From the NCBI RefSeq assembly GCF_009834535.1, contig NC_045696.1:6140001-6204000 (forward strand): DNA of 64,000 nucleotides, written 5' to 3'. The DNA is from Camelus ferus (Eukaryota). The notes below the pieces were generated by a model that did no database searches, was not told the origin of the DNA, and saw nothing but the letters and a program-made list of their open reading frames with translations. This document shows, in pieces, positions 12,285-25,150 of the stretch; within the stretch, counting starts at the first letter, position 1; the number at the start of each line of letters is the position of its first letter. The position numbers were made by a program, and so were the translations under genes.

Positions 12285-13624
12285 GGGTCCCACAGATCTT
12301 TTTGTATCTTGAACACTCTCTTTTACTGCTGGCTGCCAGCACTTTGCCTACATGGCTGCCTCAAAAACATTGTGTGTTTTATGTATATTTGGTTCCAGTC
12401 TACTCCAAGTACCAAAAGCCACACTCTTAACTCATTCTGAGATAGTCCTCTCTCAGTGCACTTACTGGTGTTGTAGACACGTCAGACTGCACTTGCACCC
12501 CACCCTTAATGGTTTCTAAAAGTCTTTTTGTCTAACAGAGAGAGTGCACCAGACCTCACCTTAGTTTTGGGAAGTTCTTAACAAAAGATCTTACAGTCAT
12601 CTGCTTAATTTGGTCTTTACTTTGAGGCCCGGTCTTACCAGAGGCACCGTGGGATTGATCCCTGTTGCCAGGTTGTATTCTGATTTGAAAATATTTTGCT
12701 GCCTAAAAAGTCTGGAAATGAGAAATAGTTTAATTTTCTAACTCAGCAAGTTCTGATTCCTATCTTTCCTCCAAATTCTGCTTCTAGATTGGCCAGTTCT
12801 CTTCTGATCCCATCTCTTTCTTGAAGTAACTCATCATATGTGCTAAAAGCAAGCAACTCACACTTTCGGTATTTTGCAGGGAGATTTCTTTGTCCAGGTT
12901 CATACGTTCATTAAGTACATTTTCTATTTTTTACTCCCATCATTGATTGTCACTATTTCAGCCCCCTAAAATTGTTCTCTCATCATTTTCTCAGCTCCTA
13001 TAAGTTTCTCAACCTCATGCTACTCATCCCCCAAGCCAGTCCAACACATCTTGGGTTTTTGTTACAGTAGCACTCCAGTTCTGGTACCAATGTTTGTTCT
13101 GGTTTCGTGTGGCCAAAGCAACGCTGTGTAAGAGACAACCACAAAATCTCGGCAGCAAACAACGGCAAGCGTTTATTTAACTCTTGCCTGTTGGAGTCAG
13201 CCGGGGGCCAGCTAATCCAGGCTGGGTTTGGCTGGGCAGGTCTGATGATTTTGGCCAGGTTTACTCACACCTCTGGGGATCAGCTAGTGATTAGCTGACC
13301 TGTGGTTGGTTCAGCTGGGGCTGTTCAGTTCTGCTCCACGTGTCTCTCGTCCTCCTCCTCAGACCAACAGTCCAGCCTAGCAGTTTAGTCTCCTGTTAAC
13401 GGTGGAAGTAAAAGACGGTGAGTGGAAACTCATGAAGACACTTAAGGCTGAGGCCCAGGAGACTAAGTGAGCTCTCTGGCCTCTCCGGGTTCCACTGACA
13501 AAGCAAGGCACGCGAGTTAAAGCCAAGGGATAGGAGATACCCTGCACCTTTTATGAGAAGGGTGGAGGATGAATACTTCTGATCAATAGTCTAATCTTCC
13601 TGCTCCCAAATCATTCCATGGATG

Positions 13625-14112
13625 CTATGTTTCTAGAAAATGTTTCAGCAGACTCTCCGGTTGCATGGCCCCATGTGGGCCTGAGTTAGAGTTCGCCAGA
13701 AGAGCAATCTGTGTGATATCCGAAAGGCAGCGAAGCAGTGAAGGTCACTCTCTGGTCTCTAGCTCATCTGGATGTGGTGGTGGGTGGACGCAGAGGTCTG
13801 GTGGGTTCCGTTCATCTTCTCTCCTCTGCTCCTCCCTGCTCTTGACCTGACCGCTGGCTGCAAACCTTCAGAGGTGATAGCAGCCTTCCCCTCCCCAAGC
13901 TCTACCTTTGTGCTCTCATTTTAGCAGCTCAATGTGTTTGGCTCTCAAGTTGATGGGTTGGGGGTCTCCAACACTGACCCTCTCCTCTCCCTTCTGGATT
14001 TGGCTTCCTTAGCTCCTCCCACAATTGCAGAAGGTGTAAGTCCTAGAATTCCTCTATCCCATGACACTCACTGTGACCTTGTTCCTCTGCCTGGGCCATG
14101 ACCAACTGAAAC
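13625..14112 (+). mobile_element. Probable old ERVL/MaLR-class LTR, subfamily uncertain
   Basis: LTR-like phrasing and ...ccatgaccaactgaaaca terminus. Confidence 0.4.
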
Positions 14113-14942
14113 AGCCCCCAGGCCCCCTTCATTCTCATGACTCAGTCCTGGAGGGAATTAAAGGATATGATCAACAAATTAGCACAAGCTGAACAAAATA
14201 TGGGTGGTTTTGCTTCTTCTGACTTCAGAAGGGACATACAGATTGGCTGGCTCAACTCCCCAGTAGGGCTGATTTTTTTTTTTTTTTTTTTTGCAGGTGA
14301 GCTCAATCAGTGCCTCACCGGGCACAATTGGCAAAACAGAAATGATTGGAAGTCGATATGAAATTGCCTCTGCAGATACACAATGGACAAATATTGGTGA
14401 TATAATCTGGTTAACCTAATATTTCCGCTAGTTCCCTGCCAATGCTAACCCCCACCCAGCCAAGTCCAGCTGGAAAGCAGCCGGCAGGGGAGCCCAGCCT
14501 GCAGAGCTGAGCAGGAGGAGGAAGGAGGAGCTCTAGGACCATGGGCCTGAGGGTCTACTCAGAGGCAGGAACCTTGGAAGAAAAGTCCAGGGCATCCCCT
14601 CCACATGAAGATTGCTGGGCTTCAACAAAAAGAGCATCTCTGAAAGACAGGACCACGACCTGGTTAAAGTGCCCTTGTGGGCAGGCTCCTCCTCTCATTC
14701 CCCCCAGCTGCTCTCAACATCATCCTTCTAAGTCCTGGTGGCTGTAAGTACTAGAGAAGCATGACCACTGGGGCCCCAAGACTCCAGGGAGCAGAAGGCT
14801 GTATGGGCATGGTGCTAGGGGTAGACCTTTGTTTTACTCTCACATCAGCCGTCAGTCATTTGGCATCACAAGTCTAGTTTAAGATATTTCTTATGTCTGA
14901 GATGTATGACTGAGTGGCTGTTTATAGCAATGTGATTTGAGG

Positions 14943-15390
14943 TGTTCAGGGTTGAGTTGTGTCCACCCGAGAGATACGACAAATCTCTAATCCCCCCGTA
15001 CCTGTGAATGCTACCTGCGTTAGAAACAGGTTCTCTGCAGGCGTAGCCACAGTAAGATGAGGGTGTCCTGGGTCAGGGTGGGCCCTAATCCAATAACTCA
15101 TGTCCTTATAAGAAGAGGGAAATTTGGACCCAGAAAGACACAGACACACAGGAGGTGCCATGTGACTACAGAGATGGCGCAATGTGTCCACAATCCAAGG
15201 AGCATCAGGGACCGCTGGCAGCCACTAGAGGCTGGAAGAGGCAGGAAGGACTGTCCCCTGATTCCTCAGAGGGCGCCTGGCCCTGCCGACACCTTGCTGT
15301 TGGACTTCCAGCCTCCAGAACTGAGATTACTGCCTCTCTGCTGTTGTAAGCCACCTAGTTTGTGACTGTGACCCCCCAGGGGCTCATCCA
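14943..15390 (+). mobile_element. MLT1C-like MaLR solo LTR
   Basis: agggtgggccctaatccaat...gtccttataagaagagggaaatttggac...ggacttccagcctccagaactg...taagccacctagtttgtg. Confidence 0.9.
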
Positions 15391-16384
15391 TGAGGTATTT
15401 TGAAAAGCTAGCAAAGGTGGTTGTCTGAGAGAATCCCTGGGTGGGAGCTCTGGGCCCACCCCTCTGCTTCCAGATTCTTCCCTCTGTTTCCTCTTCCGGG
15501 GTCACCCAAGTCTGAAACAGTGTCACTGACGTGGCGTTCCACTCCAGAGCGCAAGCCTGGCCCATCAAAAGTCTGGTGTGCTCAACAAAACTCCACAGGG
15601 TGTTTTAAAGAAAGACAAGTAAAGGAAGTATTTCCCTCCCTCCCTCCCCGCCTCCCTTCCTCTGGTCCTTCCTTCCTTTTGTTAACTCTCCCTACGCCTT
15701 CCTCCCTCACCTGCAGTTGCTCGCTGACAGGGGTGTTAGACAGACACTAGGAAGCAGGATGTCCAGGCTCCTGTTTGATCCTTACACTTTTCGGGCTTTA
15801 CCGTACACGTGCCTTCGGGGAGCAGGACAGCACACTGTGGTCCCTTCCCTTCCTTCTGGAACGTGTCTCTGTTACTTTATGACAGAAAGTTCTCACAGCG
15901 CTGGGCTGACTTTACGCTCCTTTCAACACTACGCAAAAAAGTGTGACGAATGGATAGGGCTTGGGTCCCAGCTGGTATGAATTATTGGCTATCTTTCTCT
16001 TTTCTTCAGAAAGCTGTTGTTGGACATGTTCACACAAAGTGACACCGAGATCTTTCTCTATATCTCTGTCTGTCTGTCACCTGTGTGCATGGCTCCAGGG
16101 CCCCTGGGCTAAGTGAAGGGAAGCTCACCCCAAGTTAGCCCAGCAGGGAGGCAGCTAGTCTGACAGACGGCCTAGGAGGAGAAGCCCTTGGTCCCAGCCA
16201 GTACGTCCTATGGGGGGGGCTTCCAAATGGTGGGTGAGACAGTTCCTGGCGGTGCAGAATCACCCCAAGTGCACCCCAAGCCAGGAAACACAAGTAGGGG
16301 CCCCCAATTATTGTGACAAGTAAACCTTCCCAACCTGCCACACACACACCATTTATCTCCAAAAGTTGTTTCCCACAGAGCCTA

Positions 16385-17290
16385 TTGGTGTCCCTGGATG
16401 TCACCCCTGACACAGAAGGCTGCTTACTGTGAACACCTGAGACTTTCTGCCGGCAGGCTTGTTGCTGGATGGCTGCGGAGTCCACTCAGGTGCACAGGAC
16501 AACTAGGAGGGCTGGAGCGTTCGCCCAGCCGGCCGTGGATGGGTGGTGGATGGCCCAGCTCCTCACCCTTGGTTGGGCAACCTAAAAGCACGCTGTCCAC
16601 CATCTTCCAGAAACCCTGAGGGGCCTGGGCCCCCGTTGCCCACATGGTGGCTGATTCCTCACACACTTGCATTAGCTTCCTATTGTGATTGTGACAAGTT
16701 GTCATGTCTTGGTGATTCAGACAGCACATCTTCATTATCTTACAGTTTGGGAGGTTAAAAGTCAGAAAGGGGCTAAGGATCAAGGTGCCAGCAGTGTGCA
16801 TCTGGAGGCAATAAAGGAGAATCCATTTCCTGGTCTTTTCTATCTTTCAGGGGCTTCCCACCTCCCTTGGCACATGGCTCCTTCCTCCAATGTCCAAGCT
16901 GGCAGCCTTGGACTGAGTCCTCATGCTACCATCTCTCTGGCTCTCTCTTCTGCTCCCTCTTCTACTTTTAAAGACCCTTGTGATTACACTGGGCCCATCC
17001 AAATAATCCAGGGTACTCTCCTTCTTTTAAGGTCAACTGGGTAACAAAATTCCATCTGCAGCTTTAATTCCCCTTTGCCTGTGAGTCAATATATTGACAG
17101 ATTCCAGGGTGCACACATCCTTGGGGACCATTATTCTTCCTAAGACAGCACCCTTTATTGACTTCCATCCCCTCTCTGTCTCAACATCCTGCTCCTCTAT
17201 TGGTCTTTCTTGGGATCATTTCCCGAAAGAACTACTTGCACTTGAAGCCTTATCTCATAGTCTGCTTGTGCAGGAACCCAAGCTGAAACA
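16385..17290 (+). mobile_element. LTR33-like ERVL LTR split by an MLT1D
   Basis: gttgcccacatggtg on the left resumes as caccctttattg...aactacttgcact...gtctgcttgtgcaggaacccaagctgaaaca. Confidence 0.75.
16668..17147 (-). mobile_element. MLT1D-like MaLR solo LTR
   Basis: cttgtgattacactgggcccatccaaataatccagg...ttggggaccattattctt; degenerate 5-bp TSD acact/gcacc. Confidence 0.9.
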
Positions 17291-17329
17291 CTGTCTCGGA
17301 GAGAATTAACACTGGCTCAGGGACACTGA

Positions 17330-17730
17330 CAAGTCACCAGGACTTAGCTTCTTTGTGTCTTTTGGCTCTTCCTTTTGCCCGCCGTCTTTGCCGCTGGTGG
17401 CACAAAGGCTAAAGCAACTCCAACTAAGCCAGCAACCTTCCAGATTCCTTTCCACTGGGAAAGAGTAACTTCTGCTGACGCTCTGAGATTAATTCTAACT
17501 TGACTGCTTTAGGTCATGTGTCTATCCCTCACTTGATCATTAAGGCTGGAAGATGACAATGTTGTACTTGGCTAAGCCTGAGTTACATCCTTCACTCCTA
17601 GGACTGAGAGTTGAGCCTCATCTAGGCTTCTTGGACTCAGAGTGGAAGAGGGGTGGATTTGTAATTAAAAAATTGGAAACTACTACTCTAAGAGGCAGCA
17701 GTGAGGGCTGGGAAGGCCAATAACAAATAT
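17330..17730 (-). mobile_element. Old MLT1 (K/L-like) LTR fragment
   Basis: ttaggtcatgtgtctatccct...ttggctaagcctgagttacat...gctgggaaggc. Confidence 0.55.
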
Positions 17731-18079
17731 CAGTGACATTGTCTTTTCTTTCTTCTTCTCCCTCTCTCCCCCCACTGAGTCCTGCCACATGTGGGTGTGT
17801 GGGCTGGAGTGGATCCCAGGGAACATCCGGTGAACACATTGCCATCATTTCACACATTGCAAAACTGAGGGCAGAACAAATGCAAGGAATTGCTGTTGGC
17901 TGCACATTTGCATTGTCCGAGCCTCTCTGAGACCACTCTTCTCCCAATTCTAGATCCTGAGACCTGTCCACCACAGTCTGACGTCTTCCAGACTGTAGCT
18001 TTTTGGAGCTTGGGTCAATCTGGTATTAAACATGGATGCATTTAAGATGATAGTGGAAGTTATCTTCCTGTTAGTAATT

Positions 18080-18175
18080 TATTTATTTAATGGAGGTACT
18101 GGGGAATTGAACCCAGGACCTTGTGCATGCTAAGCATGTGCTCTACCACTGAGCTATATGACCCCACCCCCCCAC
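18080..18175 (-). mobile_element. tRNA-derived SINE, camelid Vic-1-like
   Basis: Reverse complement has A box tagctcagtgg and B box ggttcaatt; flanking repeat ttagtaatt at 18071 and 18181. Confidence 0.9.
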
Positions 18176-21004
18176 CCACATTAGTAATTCATGTTCCTTT
18201 GTGTTTATTTGTTTGCTTTTATCCTTGCCCCAAATACACTTTTGCCACAGGGTGCACACACGGGTGACACGATGTAGAAGCAAATTGAAATGTCATTCAA
18301 CAGATCACATTAAAGATAGTCAATGTGCCTCGTGATATGGGCACAATGGCCCATTTCACATGGCACTCAAGAAATGTGGCTTTTATTATGACAGTGACGG
18401 TGGTGATGATTAGTAATAAATGACTTTAACAAGAAAAATGTCTTAACAACTTCAGAAACTGCAATAAATTAGATATTTATGTGGAGATAGAGCATCTCCT
18501 TTGGAAGCCTTGGATGATCACATTCTTTTCCAAGAATTAACACCAAGAAGTAGAGTTCAGTCCCCTCCTGGCATCATTTATGATCTGCATTGCAAATTCG
18601 TGAAGCATCGTTGTGAGAGGAAAGTGATCCCTCTCTGTGAAATGTGTTGTTTAGATCAGCTGTGGATCAACTCAGTATTTCTTGGGCTTAATTTCTCTGC
18701 CACCTTCTCTCCCATCTTGAGTGTCTTCTGGAATCTCTACTACTTGGTTACCTTCTTTAGGTCACTTATTGTGTCTCTCTGTCTTAAGTTTAGGTGAGCC
18801 GTGTAGCCAACTACTTCCCTGAGCTGCTTTCTTGAAAACAAAAGTCAAAATAGAAACCAGAATCAAAGCCTGAAACAGCTCTCCATGCAGCCTCTTCTAA
18901 ACAACCCTAAGGACCCCTGGGAGGGGTGTGGGAGAGTGTGAGCTTGTCAGTACACATGCTTTTGGTTGGCTCGGTGAATATGCAAGGAACATTTACAAGT
19001 GATGACTGGAAGTCAAAATTTCTATAAACATTTTCCCATTCCTCTTGTAAATGGCAGCCACCACCACGGGGCAGAGAGAGCTCTGCACTAAGAGCTGGCA
19101 GAGGGAAGGTGTGCAGACATCGACATTGGGCCTCGGGTGGTGGAAAAGGCAGACGGCAAAGTGGGAGAATATTTTATTTTTATCTTATTTTCTTTCTGTT
19201 TTATTATCTTTAGGTGGGTTGAGCATAGAACACACAGATGCACCAGATTGTTATTATTTTTTAAAATATTTATTTCTAGGTCAGTTCTGGCCCAACATAG
19301 GAAGAAAGAGCAGGAACAAACCTCATTGTTTAATGTAACATAACAATTAAAATTGGAAGGAGAGTTCTGGGAACCTGGACATCTCTGGGCCTTGGAGTTC
19401 TAATCTTTAAAATTAAAAAGTTGGTCAGGGGATCCTTAGGGCCGTTTCTCGGCTCTTGCATTTTCAAATTCATTGGCAAAGTTCCCTGTGTTAAGGTTCT
19501 CAGCACCTTCTGCCTCAGGTAATGCCTCAGATTAGTGAGGGGATACCCAGCAAATGCCGTCAAGGTAGCTCCTTGGGAAGTGATGGGAAGGACCCGTTGT
19601 GTGAGGGGACTGGACACTCCCACCTGCGTCCAATGGTCATACATCAACCTGCACCTGTTTTCATTTGTAAATTTGGCCCCCACTGAGAAATGAAGTCATT
19701 GGCGGGCTTGAGACATAGATACCTTATAATGATTACTCTTCTGCCACATCTATAATTCATAATACTGAAGAGGACTTGGGGGGGAAGGAAAAATATTTGG
19801 AAAGGGTGATGCTTTTAAGAAGCAAGCTTTGTTGAGTTTACTTAAAGATTCTGCATATTTCGTTCGCTTTGTATGCCATTAAAATGTTCAGGGAAGGAGG
19901 AAAGTTGGAACCAGTTATGAACTACCTGGTAGAATTCCATGGGACAATAGAGGAACCATTCAGAAATCGAAAGTGGTCCTGTTAGGTGAGTCAAAATTAT
20001 TGGGACAAGGGAGGCGGCCTCGTGTCTGCATTTTGGAACTTCTTCAAGGAGCATGAGATGTGGACACATGTACACACACACACAGACAATGCAGGGTATG
20101 TATGGCTCATTGAAGAAAGGGCCGAGGACAATCTTTGCAGATACAAATCGTGCCTCCTGGTAAGAGAAGGGGGAGCAGCCGTGGGAGAGGGTTATTTCAT
20201 GCCTCTCCACTGACAAGCTGCTGAGGACCCAGTCATGCACCCACAGGCTCTTGGGGCTGTGTTGGCACCTCTGCAGGCTTGATTGTGAGAGAGAAGAGGG
20301 GCGTTCTCAGAGCCTGAAAATAAAAGAGCCAAATATAAGGAAACAGGGCTGAAAACTGGGTAGAGTGGGTGATAGTACATAGGAGTTTGTATTCATTTTA
20401 CCCCTTGCAATAAAATAATTCAAAAGCAGAGACAAAAAATTGAAAGTATCGACAAAGAGGGTTTGGGGTGGGCTAGATGTATGTCTGTCTGCAGCAGAGA
20501 ATGCCAGCAGCCCACTCGGTATTCGGGCAAGGCTGCGGGCATGGAGGGGTACCTGCTAGTCTCGGGACCGGCAGCCCCTCAGAGTCAAAGGGAATCTTTT
20601 TTTTTTTTTTTTTTGCCTTTCACCTGGTTACCCTTTTTCTTTTTCCCGTTGGATGTTGGGTGTGAAAACTGGGAGAGCAGCAACCATCTTATAAGAAGCA
20701 AGTTTTGTTGAAGGAGCATGGTGAGTGTTTCTTCATAGACATAGACGTCATGGATTGAAAAAGGAACCGTGGTTTCCAATGAGGCAAAGAGTCATGTGGA
20801 GGTTGCTTTGAAAATGCAGGCATTGGTTTGTGATCCAGCTGCCTCTCCCCTGGTTAAGCTGTACAGCATAGGGTAAGGTGATTATCAGCAGCTTTATTTA
20901 TTTAATGGTAGTTAGTGCCTCTAAGGACTACTGGAAAGACTGGCTGGCATTTTACATCTCATTAGAAAAAATCTTATAGTGAAGATGTACAAAAGACAAG
21001 ACCA

Positions 21005-21437
21005 TGACTGCTGGCTCACCCAACAATCATTTTTGAACCCCCTTCACTTTTGCCCACATCCAGTATAAAGTTGGAAAAACTAAGCATTTCCAGCCTCTTC
21101 TGTGGCTAAGGTGGCCATGTGTCACAGTTTTGGCCAATGGGACATAAGCAGAAATCTCATGGGGAGTGTTCTTCAAAAGAACAGATATGGCTATCTTGTT
21201 TTGTTTCCTTTTTTTCTGCCATGGATAAAGATGTGATGCTGGGTCTGGGGCAGCTATCTTGTTAGCATGAGTGCGAGGCCATGAGATTAGCAGAAACACT
21301 GTCATTGACGCTATTGAGCTACTGAACCAACATTTAGGACCAATTTCTGCAGACTTCTGAAAAACTCTTACCTGTTTCCATCTTTGTAAGTCAGATTTTT
21401 CTCTTACTTGCAGCTTAGAGCATTCATGACTAATGCA
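21005..21437 (+). mobile_element. MLT1J-like MaLR LTR
   Basis: ggtggccatgtgtcacagttttggccaatgggacataagcagaa...gcagctatcttg...ttacttgcagc...tgactaatgca. Confidence 0.8.
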
Positions 21438-21499
21438 ATGTGAAAAATAAGAAACATAAATGGTGAATAGGATATGAAAAAAAATCCAGCTTCAATAAT

Positions 21500-21900
21500 A
21501 ATCAAGTAAATGAAATCTGGCAAGGAATTTGAAATGATGATCACACTGAGTGCTGGGGAGGCTGCTGTGAAATAAATGTTCTCATTCCCTACTGGTGGCA
21601 TTATAAACAGGCACAGATGACCTCAAAAAATGTGGATGAATTTATGAAGAGCCTCCAAAGATTTGTCTACCCTTCAACCAAGTAACTTCACTCTTGAGAA
21701 CCTATCCAAAGGAAGTAGTGACAGGGACACAGATTCACAAGCAGTATGATCCAGATTTTGTAAGAAAGAAAAAAAAGTGCCTTCATAGATGTAAGTTGTT
21801 AGGTAATAATCAAAAGTGTTAAGAATTGTTATCTCTTGTTTTGAGTGATATTTTGATTTGTTTTCAAATTTTTTAGAAAGAACATGTATTCATTTGGAAA
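21500..21900 (+). mobile_element. Ancient L1ME-type fragments
   Basis: ttctcattccctactggtggcattataaa...cttcactcttgagaacctatccaaagga. Confidence 0.55.
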
Positions 21901-22124
21901 TTAGGAACAGACAACAGAAGTCATTCAAAAGAATCATACCACTCAAGCCTCTACCATTGGAAGCTACTGCTTCTGCAAAGATAACAGTGAAGCATCCTCA
22001 CAGGTCTTTGATCACAGGTCCTTCTTTTCAAATATTTTTAAATTTGTTACCGAGATACTGAATTTACTAAACAGAATCACATATTCAAAAACTCTGGGTA
22101 CAATTCTACCCATTCATATACTCA

Positions 22125-22300
22125 CTTGAACTTGACGATGGTTTCTGGGAGTTATGTAAGGATGTCATCATCCCCCATTTTACTGTTAAGGAAGAGAAAG
22201 AAAGGAACCAGTGTCTTCCTGAAGGTCATTCTGCCCGTGAGAGGCAGAGCCAGGGCCAGACCCTGATCAGCTGGCTGATTGTAAGCCCTGAGCTCCTGTT
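22125..22300 (-). mobile_element. MIR SINE
   Basis: atcccccattttactgttaagga...cctgaaggtcattc...ggcagagccaggg. Confidence 0.7.
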
Positions 22301-22832
22301 TTGACACCAGGATTTCTCTCCTACACGGGTGAAACATACACCCACTAAGAGCCACAGCTAAGTTCCCTGTAATTGCAAAAGAGACCAAGGAGAGAAGCTG
22401 GTTTTATGTCCAAACAGGGAAAGGGTGAGGGAGGCAACTACAAGCCACAGAGGTCATACACACTCCGAAAGCTTGTTTATACAAACCCCTCCACCCACAT
22501 CTGTAATGTCACCAATATGCAAAACAGAGAGTCTATTTTTGAGCGAAGTGCCAAATCAGTCATGGTTAAAAGAGAATCAACTACAAATACATTAAATTAT
22601 TTAGGTCTCCATCAGGGAATTTGGAAAAGCATGGGAACTGTAATTGCGTGTGATCAGAAGACCCGTAGAATTGTGTTTCTATACATAATGGGCAGAATTA
22701 ATTCAAGGAGCCACATTTGCACCAATTTCCATTCTCTCTATGTACATGGGGTATCACTGCCAAACTTTTAATTTTAGGAAATTAATTTTTCCTTTACAGA
22801 TAGGTGAAAATATTGTGGGTTAGAATATTCTT

Positions 22833-23503
22833 TTTTTTTAATTGAAGTGTAGTCAGTTTGCAATGTTGTACCAATTTCTGGTGTACAGTGTAATGCTTCA
22901 GTCATACATACACATACATATATTCATTTTCATATTCTTTTTCATTATAGATTATTACAAGATATTGAATATAATTCCCTGTGCTATACAGAAAAAAACT
23001 TGTTTATCTATTTTATATGTAGTAGTTAGTATCTGCAAATCTCAAAATCTCAATTTATCCCTTTCCACCTCCTTTCCCCCTGATAACCATAAGTTTCTTT
23101 TCTACATCTGAGAATCTGTTTCTGTTGTTGTAAATAAGTTCATTTGTGTCTTTTTTTTTTTTTTTAAGGATTCCACATATAAGTGATCTCATATGGTATT
23201 TTTCTTTCTCTTCCTGGCTGACTTTACTTAGAATGACTATCTCCAGGTCCATCCATGTTGCTGCAAACGGCATTATTTTATTCTTTTTTATTGCTAAGTA
23301 GTGTTTCATTGTATAAATATACCACAGTTTCTTTTTCTTTGTCCTGGCTATTGTAAATAGTGCTGCTATGAACACTGAGGTACATGTAACTTTTCAAATT
23401 AGAGTTCCCTCTGGATATATGCTCAGGAGTGGGAGCATATATGGTAAGTCTATTTTTAGTTTTTTGAAGAATCTCCTTACTATTTCCCATAATGGTTGCA
23501 CCA
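22833..23503 (-). mobile_element. Young camelid-type 5'-truncated L1
   Basis: ORF2p remnant (MFIAALFTIA...MPFAATWMDLE); perfect 12-bp TSD tagaatattctt at 22821-22832 and 23504-23515. Confidence 0.95.
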
Positions 23504-25009
23504 TAGAATATTCTTAAATAATGTCGTGTGTAGGAAAGGGACCATTAGACTGCAAGGGACAATATAATGTTATCTAATTTTTAAGAGATGAAAATAAATG
23601 CCACAATGATGGTGTCATCGCTAATATGAGCAACAGTTGATAGGGTTCTTTAAAACAGTTATCTACAGGACAGAAAGCTGGCAAATTCCTCCTGAAAGTA
23701 ACCAGGCACAACACACCTTCTGTGTGTCAAGCTCACGGTGCCCCGCCCACCCCCTGCGCAGCGCAGCCCTGCTGGGCCTGGGCCCCTGGACCCCGCTCTT
23801 GCCCCAACTAGCCTGGCGGCCCCTCTTTCTCAGCAAAAGTCAGTGCAAAGCAAACTCAGAGCGACTAGAAGTAAGAGGGCGAGGCTATTACGTTTCTTCA
23901 CGGACCACTGCCTGATTTTCATGAAGCCTACTCAGATTTATTTTACACTCAGGACACCTGAGTTAGTGCTTATTTTTCAGCTGTCAGGGGATCCCTTCAG
24001 AAATGAAAAAATATGGCTTCTCTATTTATACAGAGGGCTTTTCATTCTCCGCTCACTCTAAGTTCGTTTTCTCTCTGTTTTTAATTTATTACCTTTTAAG
24101 TATCCTTTAAGTAGCAGATGTTTAAACACTTTTTAATCGGGGAAACTGCAGAGTGTAATTGCTGGGTTTGGCAGGCAGCCGTCTGGGAGCCCCCGGCAGC
24201 TGATAAACGTGTTCTGCACAGGATGTCATCTCACCGCAGAAGCAGGGAGACCCCATCGCAGCCTCCAGACGTCTTTTGTCCGCTTTGGGAGGAGTTCTTC
24301 AGTTAATCAGTCAAATTGGTCTAAATCGAAGGGACGCGTCAGGGAAATATCCCTTCCTACCGTCTGAGGAGGGAAAGATGTGGGCTGCGTTGTGCTCTCT
24401 GAATTAAAATAAAGACACATCTCCTTCTGGGGGCAGGAGAACTGAAAGCTAAAATGTGTGTTTGTCTTTTGGCTGGATTGAAAACTCAAAGATGGAATCA
24501 ATTAAGCCACACAGAATCACATGTCCCAACCGTGGAGGGTCACGTGTGTTTACAGTTGCTCTTCCTGTGCGAGCCTGCACAGGGCAGTCGAGGGAAAGAG
24601 TGTGGAGGAACATAAATGCCAACTCTTAACTCTTGTCATTTGTCTGTTCCTTCTAGAAACTTCGTGAAGAGTAAACATTTCAACATGAACACAGTGAGAT
24701 ACAGGCTTTCTGCTGCCCACCTTTGTCCTGAAACATGTGTTCTGGTACCTACTTCTATACAGCCGCATGCCTGGACGTGGTCTCGCAGAAGTTCATTCAT
24801 TCATCCACGCCACTTGTCTCGGGCACAGGGAACTGTGGTGCGGTTTTCACCAGGAGGGAGGAAACAGGGGAGGGGTGGGGCCAGGGAACGGGGATCCTCT
24901 ATGCGGCCTAAAGCTAGGGGACTTGGGACCAGCCCTTCACACCAGCGATGTTCCCCCTCCTCGTTCCTATGACAGGAATAATGAGGCTTCCCCAACCCAC
25001 TGCCTGATA

Positions 25010-25150
25010 CCCCCCAGACTCTCATAGGCTCTTTGTTGAAAAGGCAAAGTCTGAAGCCAACCCCAGACCCGCTGGATCAGGTACTCTGAGCAGGGCTCTT
25101 GGCATCTGCATTTTGAACTATCTCCCTAAGTGACTGTTTTGAGAATGGCA
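25010..25150. mobile_element. MER5A-like hAT MITE
   Basis: ccccagacccgctggatcag...atctgcattttgaac...ttttgagaatggc. Confidence 0.6.

Larger units (their letters stand above)
10807..13602 (-). mobile_element. MaLR MLT1 (H/I-like) element: LTR-internal-LTR
   Basis: Two homologous LTRs at ~10807-11270 and ~13095-13602. MaLR leader motif ctggtaccaat at 13081-13091. PPT complement cccccttatt at 11271. Confidence 0.75.

Noticed and set aside
15262..15278. CTCF-like tcctcagagggcgcc
   Set aside because: Poor match in the 5' half and located within an MLT1C LTR
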